From NCBI RefSeq assembly GCF_963921235.1, contig NC_086097.1:25732001-25796000 (forward strand): DNA of 64,000 nt, in the 5' to 3' direction. Source of the stretch: Mobula hypostoma. Taxonomy: Eukaryota. Position numbers and translations under genes: made by a program. The notes beneath the pieces are model-generated. The model was not told the origin of the DNA and did no database searches. It saw nothing but the letters and a program-made list of their open reading frames with translations. Below are positions 24,771 to 37,004 of this stretch, in pieces (positions within the stretch are counted from its first letter, which is position 1; the number at the start of each line of letters is the position of its first letter).

Positions 24771-25483
24771 TCAGTGATATAAATCCTCAGCCAACAACAG
24801 GAAAGAGGAAACAATCAGCGGATAAGGCAGCATCCATACAAGGCGAAACAAACAAAATACTCATGCCAACAACCCCTTATCGTGAAAGACCATCAGCCAG
24901 AAATGTCATCCATGTCCCCTTCCCATCATCCAGGTCTGATGCTCAATAGGTCTGTGAGGAACAGGTAGCACTTATCTCCACATCAGTAAGTGAGCCCCTA
25001 TCCCACTCCATCTACAGCGTCTGCCCCATCCTCTACCCCCTGATTCCTACCCAAACCCGTCCCTTTCCCATCTCCGAACCAGTACAATCCCACAATGTGC
25101 GGCACCATATTCTCCCACCCAGGTGATACCCAGTGTTCCAGCCTCCTGTACTCCCGTCTCCCTCCCCGTCCCTCACCTCTAAATTCCCATCACTCTCTCC
25201 CCAACCTTCACTCCTACCCCCAGTCCATTTTCCCACACACACTCGTCCCCTGTACCCGTGCTTCTGTCCCCAGACAACTCTAGTTCCCCACTCTTCATCC
25301 GTCCACAACCCCTGACCCCTCTCAACTCCGTCCCCCACTACCTCTGTCTCTACACACCCCCTTTCCCCGAGCCCTATTCCTATCCCCCGTTCCACCCTGG
25401 GCCCGAATCATTTCCGATCATTATTATCACTACGTCCTTTATAATAATATAATAACACCGGGAGGGATTTAAACTTCTGATAC

Positions 25484-25800
25484 CTTAAATTCGCCGTCGA
25501 GTTCCATACCGGCTATAGCCGCCAAACCCCGACCATCCCCGGCCACCAGTCCCGCTATCGCCGCTGCTCGGCGTCTATAGCAACTTGAAATGTCCGCCCT
25601 CGCCCCGCCGCAACCAAGGACCCCCAGTTCGCAGGATCGACTGGGAAATGTAGTCCGTTGCTTCCTCCACAAGTAACAGAACAAAGAATTTCAACTATAG
25701 ATCCCAGAAGGCCTCGCGGCCAAGCAACAGCCCGGTAGAGGTGTCCCATTCTAATGCCTGCAGGAAAATTGCGCCAAACGTCCCGCCTCTGACCTAGTGA
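25484..25800 (-). promoter_or_regulatory. CEP128: CEP128 CpG-rich promoter and candidate non-coding exon 1
   Basis: Unique CpG-dense segment upstream of the first coding exon. GACTACATTTCCCAG motif (25641-25655, minus), RFX-like GTCTATAGCAAC (~25573-25584), GC boxes, and candidate donor AAG|gtatca at 25484. Confidence 0.75.
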
Positions 25801-25959
25801 CAGACTGAGCGCCAGTGAGTGGGACAGGGCGCTAACTGTGCATCTGCTCGAGGGCACATAACTCTCCCTGACATCTGTATCTGTTTGCCGTAAGACCTTC
25901 AACTTATTTGCATTGTCTGTTTCAATGTTAAACAAACTAAAATGTACAGTTATAAAGTT

Positions 25960-26225
25960 AAAAGATTCTGTAGATGCCGGAAATCAGGAGCAACGCACAA
26001 AACGCTGTAGGAGCTCGGCAAGTCAGGCAGCACCTATGGAGAGACTCAATTCTTCTTATGAAGAATCTCGGCCAAAACGTAGACTTTTATTCCGTTCCAT
26101 ACATGCTGCGTGACCTGCAGCATTTTGTATGTGTTACTCTGGATTTCCAGCATCTTTTATCTATGGAGGGAAATAGACAGTTGACCTTTTAGACCCAGAC
26201 CCTTCATCAGGATTGGAAAGGAAGA
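25960..26225. repeat. Penelope-derived 3'-end fold-back element (decayed)
   Basis: Same family as 21368-21500, with inverted arms. Confidence 0.65.
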
Positions 26226-26596
26226 GGGAAGAAACCAAATTATTTATCACCCCCTTACCCTTTTATTCCGGCTTTTGCCTTCTTCCTGTGTTCCAAGGAC
26301 AATATTCCTAACCTTTCTAATTTAATATAGCCTAAGTCCTCTTTGCCTCTCCGTATACTTCCCCAGAAATCCACAAGAGCCCTCTGCCAGGGCAATGCAG
26401 GCCGATCCCAGCAATGGAGAGGTGCTGCTCTTGGCACCTACTGAATGTGTTGGCATCCCAGACAGTGCATAGCAAGCTGTCGATCTGGTCATACTCTCTT
26501 CTCCCCGCTTCCATGGGGCAGAAGATACAAAAGTTTGAGAAAATATGCAACCAGGATAATGGAAGGCTTCTGTCCTGCTGTTATAAGACTCTTAAG

Positions 26597-27270
26597 GGTG
26601 TATGGGGTGTCAGGGAGGGGTAGCACCTCTAATGGGGAAACATGTTGCGTCCTTTTCAAGGCAGTTAGTCCACATTTGGTCCCCACCTGGCACTCAGCTC
26701 TCACCTGTGGCTCCCCGTAGGTGTTTGCATGCGATAGTGGCCACACCCCGGGCAACGGCTTCAACAGGCCAGCTAAACCAGGTGAGGGTAACCGACGGGT
26801 CTCAAACCCTCAGTGAGATAGGGAGTTGTCTATCCCAGCATGTGAAGACAGACTCCAACGGATTGAGCGAACGAGACCAATGGAAGGTCCAACAGTCAAG
26901 AAGGCGGTCTCTGCAAGCGTCGTGGAACGTATAGAGCAGGACAAGATACAGAAGATGTCTTGGTCATCCTCTGCACCTAGTCCCTTTTCCAGCCATCTCG
27001 GCTCTTGTCTTGCCACTGGATCCAGATGGGAATTGGGAAGAGAGAGTGAGGCTGACGCTGCACAACTCTCCCTCACTTAAATCCAAATCAAGCGCTAGTC
27101 TCAACACCATCAAGCAAGCTGGTGGCGTAGTGGCATCAGCGCTGGACTTCGGGGCGAGAGGTCTCTTGCACGCTCTCTATTCGTGCTGGGTTGAGCATCG
27201 AGCTAGCAACTCGACCTCGTAAAAAGTACCAATGGTGTCGAGGTCTTCATTGATGACGATGAATGAACCT
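26597..27270 (+). mobile_element. Non-autonomous retroposon (probably RTE-dependent) with 5' HDV-like ribozyme and an internal tRNA-like segment, copy 1
   Basis: Colinear inverted copy at 29480-30180. (GAT)-like tail. No coding capacity recognised. Confidence 0.65.
26604..26786 (+). ncRNA. Candidate HDV-like self-cleaving ribozyme
   Basis: P1 GGGGTGT/ACACCCC, P2 CTCACCTG/CAGGTGAG, P3 GGC/GCC, L3 starting TCCCCGT, then GGGCAAC, P4 GGCTT/AGGCC and J4/2 GCTAA, all in canonical order. Confidence 0.6.
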
Positions 27271-28850
27271 GGTATCATACACCATTAAGAAAGCTCACCG
27301 ACACCTCTGCTTTCTGAGGAATCTGAAGAGAGCTGGACAATGCAAATTCTTCTTCTACAGATATGCAGTAGAGAACATCTTAACATGCTGCATCACTGCT
27401 GTGGAAACTGGAAGGCTCTACAGCAGGTAGTCAAAACCACCCAAACCATCACCAGCATCAGCCTACCTGCCACCAAGGACATACAGTTTATACAGACAGG
27501 TGCCAGAAAAGGGTCAGTAACATAATGAAGGATCCCTCCCCACCCTGCTCATGGACTGTTTGTCCAACTTTCAACAGGGAGGAGGCTACGTGGCATCCAA
27601 GCCAGGACCACCAGACTCAAAAGCAGTTATTTTCCCCAAGCAGTAAAGCTAATTAACACCTCCACCCACTTACCCACCACTCCACACCCCTCATCACCAC
27701 TTCTTTATCATTAGTCACCATAAGCTCAGAGTCACCTTATGTACAGACACTCCTGTGCCTAGCATCACTTTGTGGACATGCAATCAGCCTATGTATATAA
27801 GCTATCTTATTCACATTTATTGTGTCTTTGTGGCGGAGTACCAATTATTTCATTCTCCTTTACAGTTGTGTATTGGAAATGACGTTAAGCAATCTTGAAT
27901 CTTGTAGTGTATATGATAAACACAAACCTTTAATTTCTCACTCTACCTCAACATAATCGTTACACTTTAGGTGTCCCCATCTGCCCGGCACATTCTCTGG
28001 AATATAACACTATATTTTTCATTCTGTTTTGCCTGGAAGGAATGTCGTGATGAATTGATCTGTGTGGATGGCATACAAACAGAGCTTTTCGCTGAACCTC
28101 GGTACGGGTGACAATAAGAAGCCAGTTGCCAGATATTTTGTTACAGAACATAATCAATGCCCAAGTTTCTATATTTAGAAGCTGAAAACAAGGAAAAGCA
28201 GTAGTTACCTGTCCATTACACTATTACCATTTATGGATGCCTGCTATGGTCAAACTGGACACCAATTTTCCTACATCACCGCACATGCTACATTTCCAAA
28301 GCTCTTCAATGACTATAAACTTTCTTAAGACGTTGTGAGATCCTTAACTTCAAAGTAAATTTATAATTAAAGTGCGTATATGCAGCACTGCCTGGTATGG
28401 AGGGGCTACTGCACAGGATCAGAAAAAGCAGCAGAAATGTGTAAACTCAGCCAAGACCATCATGGACATTAGCCTCCCCAGCATCCAGGACACATCCAAG
28501 AGGTGATTCCTCAAAAAGGCGGTATCCATCATTAAGGACCCCCATCACTCAGGACATGTCCTTGTCTCATTGCTACCTTCAAGGAGGTGGTACAGGAGCC
28601 TGAAGACAAACACTCAACGTTTCAGGAACTGCTTTTTCCCCTCTGCCATCAGATTCTAAATGGACAATGAACCCATGAACACTTCTTCAGTATATTCCCT
28701 CTCTTTCTGCACTACTTACTTAATTCATTTTTCACATATACTTATTGTAATTTATAAATTTTATTACAGTACTATGTATTTCCATTGTACTGCTGCCACA
28801 AAGCAACAAATTTTATGACATATGCCGGTGATATTAAAACTGATTCTGAT
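27270..28850 (+). mobile_element. Rex1/Babar-like LINE 3' fragments (27270-27900, 28385-28850)
   Basis: Reverse-complement similarity to 62085-62835. Confidence 0.65.
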
Positions 28851-29479
28851 ATAGTACCATATACTACCTTGAAATTCATTTTCTTGGAGGCATTTGCAGT
28901 AAAATAAAGGAATACAGTTGAATTTATGGGAAAAATAACTATACTCAAACTAAGACTGACAACCAATCAATGTGCAAAAGGCAAATTGTGTAAATATAAA
29001 AAATAAATAATACTGAGAACATGAGTGGTAGAGTCTTTGAAAGTGAGTCTGTAGGTTGTAGAATCCATTCAGAGTTGTGGTGACTAAAGTTATCCATGCC
29101 CGTTCAATAATCTGATGATTGTAGGATACAAAATGTTCCTGAACCTGGTGCTTTGAATTGATTTGACTTTATTTCTTACATCCTTCACATACTTGGGGAG
29201 TAAAAATCTTTATGTTATGTCTCTGTCTAAAAGTGCAATGTGCAATTTATAGTAGTAGGCAGCCATCAATCCTGGAGATCATGGGTTTGCGCCTCTGGTG
29301 GCCTGTGTCCTCTCCAGGGCGCAACCCTGGGTGGGAAGATTTGGGGAACCGGCTGTTGCCCATGCAGTGGGATCCCCCTCTCCATGTCTCTGATGTAGTC
29401 CAAGGGAAGGGTAAGCACTGATACGGCTTGGCACCAGTGTCGCCACAGAGGTTGCCAGAGGGAACATCAATAATAATAA

Positions 29480-30180
29480 GGTTCATCCATCGTCATCCAT
29501 GAAGGCTTCGACAACATAACTACTTTTTTTTTACCAGGCCGAGTTGCGAGTTCAACACGCAACCCGGCACGGATGGAAATTGTGCCTCGGAGCGGCCTGA
29601 CTGGATTCAAACCCGGGAACCTTCACTCCAGAGTCTGGCGCTGATGTCACTGCGCCACCAGCTGGCTTGATGGTGCCAAGACTAGTGCTTGATTTGGATT
29701 TAAGTGAGGGAGAGTTGCGCAGCGTCAGCCTCACTCTCTCTTCCCAATTCCCATCTGAATCCAGTGGCAAGACAAGAGTCAAGACAGCTGGAGATGGGAC
29801 TAGATGCAGTGGATGACCAGGACATCTTCTGTGTCTTGTCGTGCTCTACACGTCCCACGACGCTTGCAGTGACCATCTTCTTGACCATTGGACCTTCCAT
29901 TGGTCTCGTCCGCTCAATCCACTGGAGTCTGTCTTCACATGCTGGGATAGACAACTCCCTATCTCACCGAGGGTTTGAGACCCATCGGCTACCCTCAGCT
30001 GGTTTAGCCGGTTTGTCGAAGCCGTTGCCTGGGGTGTGGCCGCTGTCGCATGCAAACAGCTACGGGGAGCCACAGGTGAGAGCTGAGTGCCAGGTGGGGA
30101 CCAAAGGTGGACAAACCGCCCTGAAAAGGAGGCAACATGTTCCCCCACCAGAGATGCTACCCCTCCCTGACATCCCATAC
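29480..30180 (-). mobile_element. Copy 2 of the HDV-like-ribozyme retroposon
   Basis: Inverted, colinear homolog of 26597-27270. The spurious ORF translations are nearly identical. Confidence 0.7.
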
Positions 30181-30184
30181 TCTC

Positions 30185-30560
30185 CGGTAAACATCAAACT
30201 GCCTTAGGGACCACGGCTCCAGATTTCTTCCTCGGGATTTACCCCAGAAGCCTTTCGCATGGGTGGGTATGGCCACAAGGCAGCGGACGTTCAAAATCAG
30301 AGTTTTCCTTCTCCTAGGTGGGCTGCCGTCTAGGGCAGATGAGCCCCACCTGCCCGAAGGAACTGGTTTTGAGGCACCAGTGGTCCGCCTTACCCCTTCT
30401 CTTGTCAGTAGAAATGGTTCCGCCAGGCCTAGTAGCTAAGCCACACGTGAAGGCCAAGAGTTGGACTTGGTTGTCAGAGGCTGTTAGAGTCGCATGCCAT
30501 TTGGAGCACTTTATAGGTAGTGGGAGATTATCCCCACTACCACCCTGGCTATGACAACCT
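30185..30560 (-). repeat. Second non-coding retroposon family (RTE-5'UTR-like); related copies at 41520-42030 (-) and 54220-54600 (+)
   Basis: Shared blocks such as GGCCTTCACGTGTGGCTTAG (with 41520-42030) and CCCTAAGGCAG (with both). Confidence 0.55.
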
Positions 30561-30569
30561 TAGTAATTC

Positions 30570-31850
30570 ATAACAAATAGTAGTAGTAAATAGTATGTAC
30601 AACAGGACAGTCAATATAGAATATAAATACAATTGTATCAGAATGAATTAATCAGTCTGATGGCTGGTGGAAGAAGCTGTCTCGGACCCTGTTGGTCCTG
30701 GCTTTTATGCTGTGGTACCATTTCCCGGATGGTAGCAGATGGAACAGTTTGTGGTTGGGATGACTCAGGTCCTCAATGATCCTTCGGACCCTTTTTACAC
30801 ACCTGTCTTTGTGAATGTCCTGAGTAGTGGGAAGTTCACATCAACAGATGCGCTGGGCTGTCCGCACCACTCTCTGCAGAGTCCTGCAATTGAGGGAAGT
30901 ACAGATCCCATATTAGATAGTGATGCAGCCAGTCAGGATGCTCTCAATTGTGCCCTTGTAGAAAGTCCAGGATCCAGCTACACAAGGCAGGGTGAAGGCT
31001 GAGGTCTCTGAGCTCCTTGTCGAGCCTGGAGGGAATTATGGTGTTAAATGCTGAACTGTGGTCCAAGAACAGCATTCTCACAAAAGCATCCTTCTTCTCC
31101 AGATGTGTAGGGACAGCATGTAGAGCTGTGGCTATTGCGTCATCTGTCGATCAGTTGTTTCAGTAGGCGAATTGTAAGGGGTCCTGTGTGGGTGGTAGCA
31201 TGCTGCAGATGCAGTCCTTGACCAGCCTCTCAAAGCATTTGCTGTTATTGAGGTGAGTACGACAGAATGCCAGTCATTCATACATGTTACCTCGGTCTTT
31301 TTAGGTACAGGGACAAGAGTGGATGTTTTGAAGTGGGGGAGGCACTGTATCATGGGAGAGGGAGTGATTAAAAATGTCTGTAAACACACCTGCCAGTTGT
31401 GCCATGCCACCCTGGGAACGGTCCGGTCCCGCAGCCTTGCGGCTGTCTGCTCGTTGGAAACACCTGCATACTTCAGCCTCAGAGATGACCAAGATGCAGG
31501 TTGCTTCGCCGGCTGTCCTTGGCCAGCTCAGTGTTGATGACATCGAACCGAGAGTAAAAAAGATTTAGCTCATCTGTGACAGTGGCAGCGATGCTGGCAG
31601 CACCACTGCGCTTAGCTTTGAAATGTGTGGCGGTGTGCAGACCTTGCCATGAGCTGTGTGTGTTGTTGGTGGAGAGCTGCATCTCGTTCTTGTCCCTGTA
31701 TTGTTGTTCCACTACCTTGATGACTTTGCATAGATCATAGCTGCATTTCTTGAGTTCCTGTTGGTTACTGGCTAAAGCTCTGTCTGGCGCAGTTAGTGCA
31801 GCTCGCACAGAACTGTTGATCCAGGACTTCGGGTTTAGGGCCTTAGGCTC
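30570..31850 (-). mobile_element. Rex1/Babar-like LINE RT fragment
   Basis: RKAAGPD, LAGVFTDIFNHSL and FKTSTLVPVPKK..NDWHSVVLTS motifs. Confidence 0.8.
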
Positions 31851-33360
31851 CTGTACCTCGTGCCCAAAGGTAATAGCGAGAAGAGAACATGGCCTGGATC
31901 GTGGGGGACCTTGATAATGGATGCTGCTTTCTTGTAGCAGGGCTTTTGCAAATAGAAATCTTGCCTTGAATTTTATAAGATCCAAATTCACTAAAAGGCA
32001 AAATAGTCAAGGGTCTGCCCATCCTCTGATGGATTGTATAGTGTACTGTAGATTATATACTGTAGATTATATAATTCTGCATCAGTTAACGCAAGGAGTA
32101 ACCCGACTAGTAACAGAGTGATGTGAGCAAACAAAACTGGATCCTTTATAAATTCAGTTAAAAACTTAGAATTTGGGAGGAAAACACCAGAAGGTCTGAG
32201 TGATAATGACCATGCAAACTGAAAATTTCTCATCAAAACCAACCTGGTTCACAGGTGACCATCCCAGCCAATATAGAAACATAGAAAACCTACAGCACAA
32301 TACAGGCCCTTCAGCCCACAAAGTTGTGCCGAACGTGTCCTACCTTAGAAATTACTAGGCTTACCCATAGCCTTCTATTTTTCTCTTAAAAGACCCTATG
32401 GTATCCGCCTCCACCACCGTTGCCAGCAGCCCATTCCACGCGCTCACCACTCTCTGCGTAAAAAACTTAATCCTGACATCTCCTCTGTACCTACTCCCTA
32501 GCATCTTAAACCTGTGTCCTCTTGTGGCAACCATTTCAGTCCTGGGAAAAAGCCTCTGTCTATCCACACGATCAATCCACACGTCACCTTATACACCTCT
32601 ATCAGGTCACCTCTCATCCTCCGTCGCTCCAAGGAGAAAAGGCCGACTTCACTCAACCTGTTTTCATAAGGCATGCTCTCCACTCCAGGCAACATCCTTG
32701 TAAATCTCCTTTGCACCCTTTCTATGGTTTCCACATCCTTCCTGTAGTGAGGCGACCAGAACTGAGCACTGTACACCAAGTGGGGTCTGACCAGGGTCCT
32801 ATATACAGTAGCTGCAACATTACCTCTTGGCTCCTAAATTCAATTCCATGATTGATGAAGGCCAGTACACCGTATGCCTTCTTAACCACAGAGTCAACCT
32901 GCACAGCTGCTTTGAGCGTCCTATGGACTCGGACCCCAAGATCCCTCTGATCCTCCACACTGCCGAGAGTTTTACTATTAATACTATATTCTGCCATCAT
33001 ATTTGACCTACCAAAATGAACCACTTCACGCTTTCCTGGGTTGAACTCCATCTGCCACTTCTCAGCCCAGTTTTGCATCCTATCAATGTCCTGCTGTAAC
33101 CTCTGACAGCCCTCCACACTATCCACAACACCTCCAACCTTTGTGTCCTCAGCAAACTTACTAACCCATCCCTCCGCTTCCTCGTCCAGGTCATTTATAA
33201 AAATCACGAAGAGTAAGGGTCCCAGAACAGATCCCTGATGCACTCCACTGTTCATTGACCTCCATGCAGAATATGACTCGTCTACAACCACTCTTTGCCT
33301 TCTGTGGGCAAGCCAATTCTGGATTCACAAAGCAATGTCCCCTTGGATCCCATGCCTCCC

Positions 33361-33821
33361 ATGATGTCTTCTATCCAGCTGTGGTCACCGACTGTGACCC
33401 CTCCGTTCCGGATACGACCGTTCTTCCACAGTGAACCTGGCACCCAGGCAAGGGCGGACACACACACCAGGTTCCCACCGATCGTACCTTTTCACCCTGT
33501 GAGTCTATGGTCGGTTCCCGCAAACCGGACCTCCAAACTCTCACGGGGGCACACCGCTCTTCCAGGGTCTCGTTATCTCGTGATCTTGTGGTGTGTCCGT
33601 GCCTAGCAAACCTGTTCTTTTTATCCCCCTGCTGGGGTATCGCCTGTCCATCAAACTTCAAACAGTTCAGGTTCAAAGCAACCGGTCCGTCAATATTCTG
33701 AATTGTGTTTCTTTTCTGTTAAACTCTCTCTCCTCTCTCATTAACATTTTGAATGTTTCGCCATTGTCTCCCTTATCTCTCTCATTAGCATCAATCATCT
33801 GATAACTTGGTTTGGCGTCAC
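33361..33821 (-). mobile_element. Truncated LTR-like sequence at a CR1 deletion junction
   Basis: Begins TGTGACGCC on the minus strand. It is non-CR1 sequence joining two non-contiguous CR1 parts. Confidence 0.45.
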
Positions 33822-33930
33822 AATAGAGAATACTGAAGTAAAGTATTCATTAAGTACCTCTGCTATTTCCTCCAGTTCCATATACACTTTCCCACTATCA
33901 CACTTGATAGGTCCTATTCTTTCACGTCTT

Positions 33931-34720
33931 ATAGAAACATAGAAACATAGAAAATAGGTGCAGGAGTAGGCCATTCGGCCCTTCGAGCCTGCACCGCCAT
34001 TTATTATGATCATGGCTGATCATCCAACTCAGAACCCCACCCCAGCCTTCCCTCCATACCCCCTGACCCCCGTAGCCACAAGGGCCATATCTAACTCCCT
34101 CTTAAATATAGCCAGTGAACTGGCCTCAACTGTTTCCTGTGGCAGAGAATTCCACAGATTCACCACTCTCTGTGTGAAGAAGTTTTTCCTAATCTCGGTC
34201 CTAAAAGGCTTCCCCTCTATCCTCAAACTGTGGCCCCTCGTTCTGGACTTCCCCAACATCGGGAACAATCTTCCTGCATCTAGCCTGTCCAATCCCTTTA
34301 GGATCGTATACGTTTCAATCAGATCCCCCCTCAATCTTCTAAATTCCAACGAGTACAAGCCCAGTTCATCCAGTCTTTCTTCATATGAAAGTCCTGCCAT
34401 CCCAGGAATCAATCTGGTGAACCTTCTTTGTACTCCCTCTATGGCAAGGATGTCTTTCCTCAGATTAGGGGACCAAAACTGCACACAATACTCCAGGTGT
34501 GGTCTCACCAAGGCCTTGTACAACTGCAGTAGTACCTCCCTGCTCCTGTACTCGAATCCTCTCGCTATAAATGCCAGCATACCATTCGCCTTTTTCACCG
34601 CCTGCTGTACCTGCATGCCCACTTTCAATGACTGGTGTATAATGACACCCAGGTCTCGTTGCACCTCCCCTTTTCCTAATCGGCCACCATTCAGATAATA
34701 ATCTGTTTTCCTATTTTTCT
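33931..34720 (-). mobile_element. Young 5'-truncated CR1 nested in an older CR1
   Basis: Uninterrupted 211-aa C-terminal ORF2 frame and a (TTTCTATG)n tail. Confidence 0.88.
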
Positions 34721-35758
34721 AATTTTATTATCCTCTTGCTCTTCATATACTTGTAGAATGCCTTGGGGATTTCCTTAATCCGGCCCGCCATGGCCTTCTC
34801 ATGGCCCCTTCTGGTTCTCCTAACTTCCTTCTTAGGCTCGTTCCTGTTAGCCTTATAATCTTCGAGATCTTTAACATTACCTCGCTCTCTGAACCTTTTG
34901 TATGCTTTTCTTTTCTTCCTGTCTAGATTTATTACAGCTTTTGTACACCGTGGTTCCTGTACCCTGCCATAACTTCCCTGTCTCATTGGAATGTACCTAT
35001 GCAGAACTCCACACAAATATCCCCTGAATATTTGCCACATTTCTTCCGTACTTTTCCCTGAGAACATCTGTTCCCAATGAAAGTTTCCAATTTCCTGCCT
35101 GATAGCCTCATAATTCCCCTTACTTCAATTAAACGCTTTTCTAACTTGTCTGTTCCTATCTCTCTCCAATGCTATTGTAAAGGAGATAGAATTATGATCA
35201 CTGTCTCCAAAATGCTCTCCCACTGAGAGATATGACACCTGACCAGCTTCATTTCCCAATACCAAATCAAGTACAGTCTCTCCTCTTGTAGGCTTATCTA
35301 CATATTGAGTCAAGAAACCTTCCTGAACACACCAAACAAACTCCACCCCATCTAAACCCCTTGCTCTAGGGAGATTCCAATCGATATTTGGGAAATTAAA
35401 ATCTCCCACCATGACAAATCTGTTATTATTACACCTTTCCAGGATCTGTTTCCCTATCTGCTCCTCGATATCCCTGTTACTATTGGGCGGCCTATAAAAA
35501 ACACCTAGTAAAGTTATTGACCCCTTCCTGTTCCTAACCTCCACCCACAGAGACTCTGTAGACAATCCCTCCATGACGTCCACCTTTTCAGCAGCCGTGA
35601 CACTATCTCTGAACAACAGTGCTACGCCCCCACCTCTTTTGCCTCCCTCCCTGTCCTTTCTGAAACATCTAAAACCCGGCACTTGAAGTCACCAATCCTG
35701 TTCCTGAACCATCCAAGTCTCCGTAATGGCGACCACATCATAGCTCCAAGTACTATGT

Positions 35759-36460
35759 CAGGGGTCCCCAACCTTTTTTGCACTGCAGACCGGTTTAATA
35801 TTGACAATATTCTTGCGGACCAGCTGACCAGGGGGGCAGGGGATAGGGTTGCCAACGGACAAAAGTAGCAGTCAAATACGGGACATTTGTGTTTACCCCG
35901 AGAAAGACTACCATGATCATGAAGCCTTGCGCGGGCACCTGTGTGCGCATGCGTATGCATGCTGATTTTTTTCTACAAATCGTTTTTGGCGATTCTGTTC
36001 AATGAAACTACACTGTACATACATTATTTCTACTTTATATAGGCTGTGTATTTATCATATCATTCCAGCTTTTACTATATGTTAGTGTTATTTTAGGTTT
36101 TCTGTGTTATTTGGTATGATTTAGTAGGTTATCTTTTGGGTCTGGGAACGCTCAAAAATTTTTCCCATGTAAATTAATGGTAATTGCTTCTTCACTTTAC
36201 GCCATTTCGGCACGAAAGGTTTCATAGGGACGCCTGACCTTAGCGGGGGAAATACGGGACAAGGGCGGTCCCGTATGGGACAAACCAATTTAGCGCAATA
36301 TACAGGATGTCCTGACAAATACGGGACAGTTGGCAACCCTGGGGGCGGATGTTAATCACGGCCGGAATATAGGTGGTAAGTCAACTATAAGTCACTTATA
36401 AATGGCTAATACACACAATTTAGTTTCTAAAAGGGTTTATCTAACAAATTTAATATTCAT
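35759..36460. mobile_element. Nested DNA transposon remnants: Charlie-like end containing a Tip100-like MITE (35844-36341) containing a Tigger-like end
   Basis: CAGGGGTCCCCAACC terminus, homologous to the inverse of 22500-22617. Inner TIRs TAGGGTTGCCAAC / GTTGGCAACCCTG. Confidence 0.65.
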
Positions 36461-37004
36461 CTGCAGCTGCACTAGCGCGAGATGAGGAACTGCTGTGTAC
36501 TTTCTCTGGCAGAAACATGGCTCCAGGGCAAAATCCTATGCATCTTCAATGAAGTCAGGAACTTGGGCTATATGATTGTTTGCAGCTATATGTTTACCTG
36601 CTATCGTAATTATATGTGATATGTGCTGTGTTCTGTGTGTGACTGCATACATGTGTATAGTTGAATGACAATTAAACTTGAACTTGAACGTAAATGCCTT
36701 CAGAAGTGATGTAGCAAATTACCTTCACCACTATGTTTTCAAGGGCAATTAGGGATGAGCAATAATTACTGGCATGGCCAACAATACCAAGATATAGAAA
36801 CATAATAATTTTTAAAAATCTTCTTTATTAAACTGTTATCTCACAGAGATTCACTCAAGACCACAGTCCAGAAACTACTACTATCAATATTAGTGAACAT
36901 GTATTCATTGTGTTCCCTTTGTTTACAATTGTATTTATTTGTGTATTTGAGTTATTTATTTGTGTTTGCAGTACAGAGTGGGTGGGAGAATGTAATACTA
37001 ATAC

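Larger units (their letters stand above)
32270..35758 (-). mobile_element. Long CR1 LINE (APE endonuclease to RT) with deletion and nested insertions
   Basis: APE motifs RGGGVAL, YRPPNS, GDFNFP and SDHNSI (35125-35682). RT motifs QGSVLGPLLF and FAEDTK (32722-33291). TTTCTATG tail at ~32275. Confidence 0.9.

Noticed and set aside
30380..30480. Possible second HDV-like ribozyme in the other RTE-5'UTR-like family (P2-like CTCTTG/CAAGAG, GCC-TTCACGT followed by a hairpin; related copy at ~41860-41940)
   Set aside because: I could not place a convincing 7-bp P1, P1.1, P4 or catalytic C. Structured RNA is possible, but a ribozyme is not supported by hand folding.
34006..34698. 230-aa plus-strand ORF
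   Set aside because: Antisense shadow of CR1 ORF2, not a gene.
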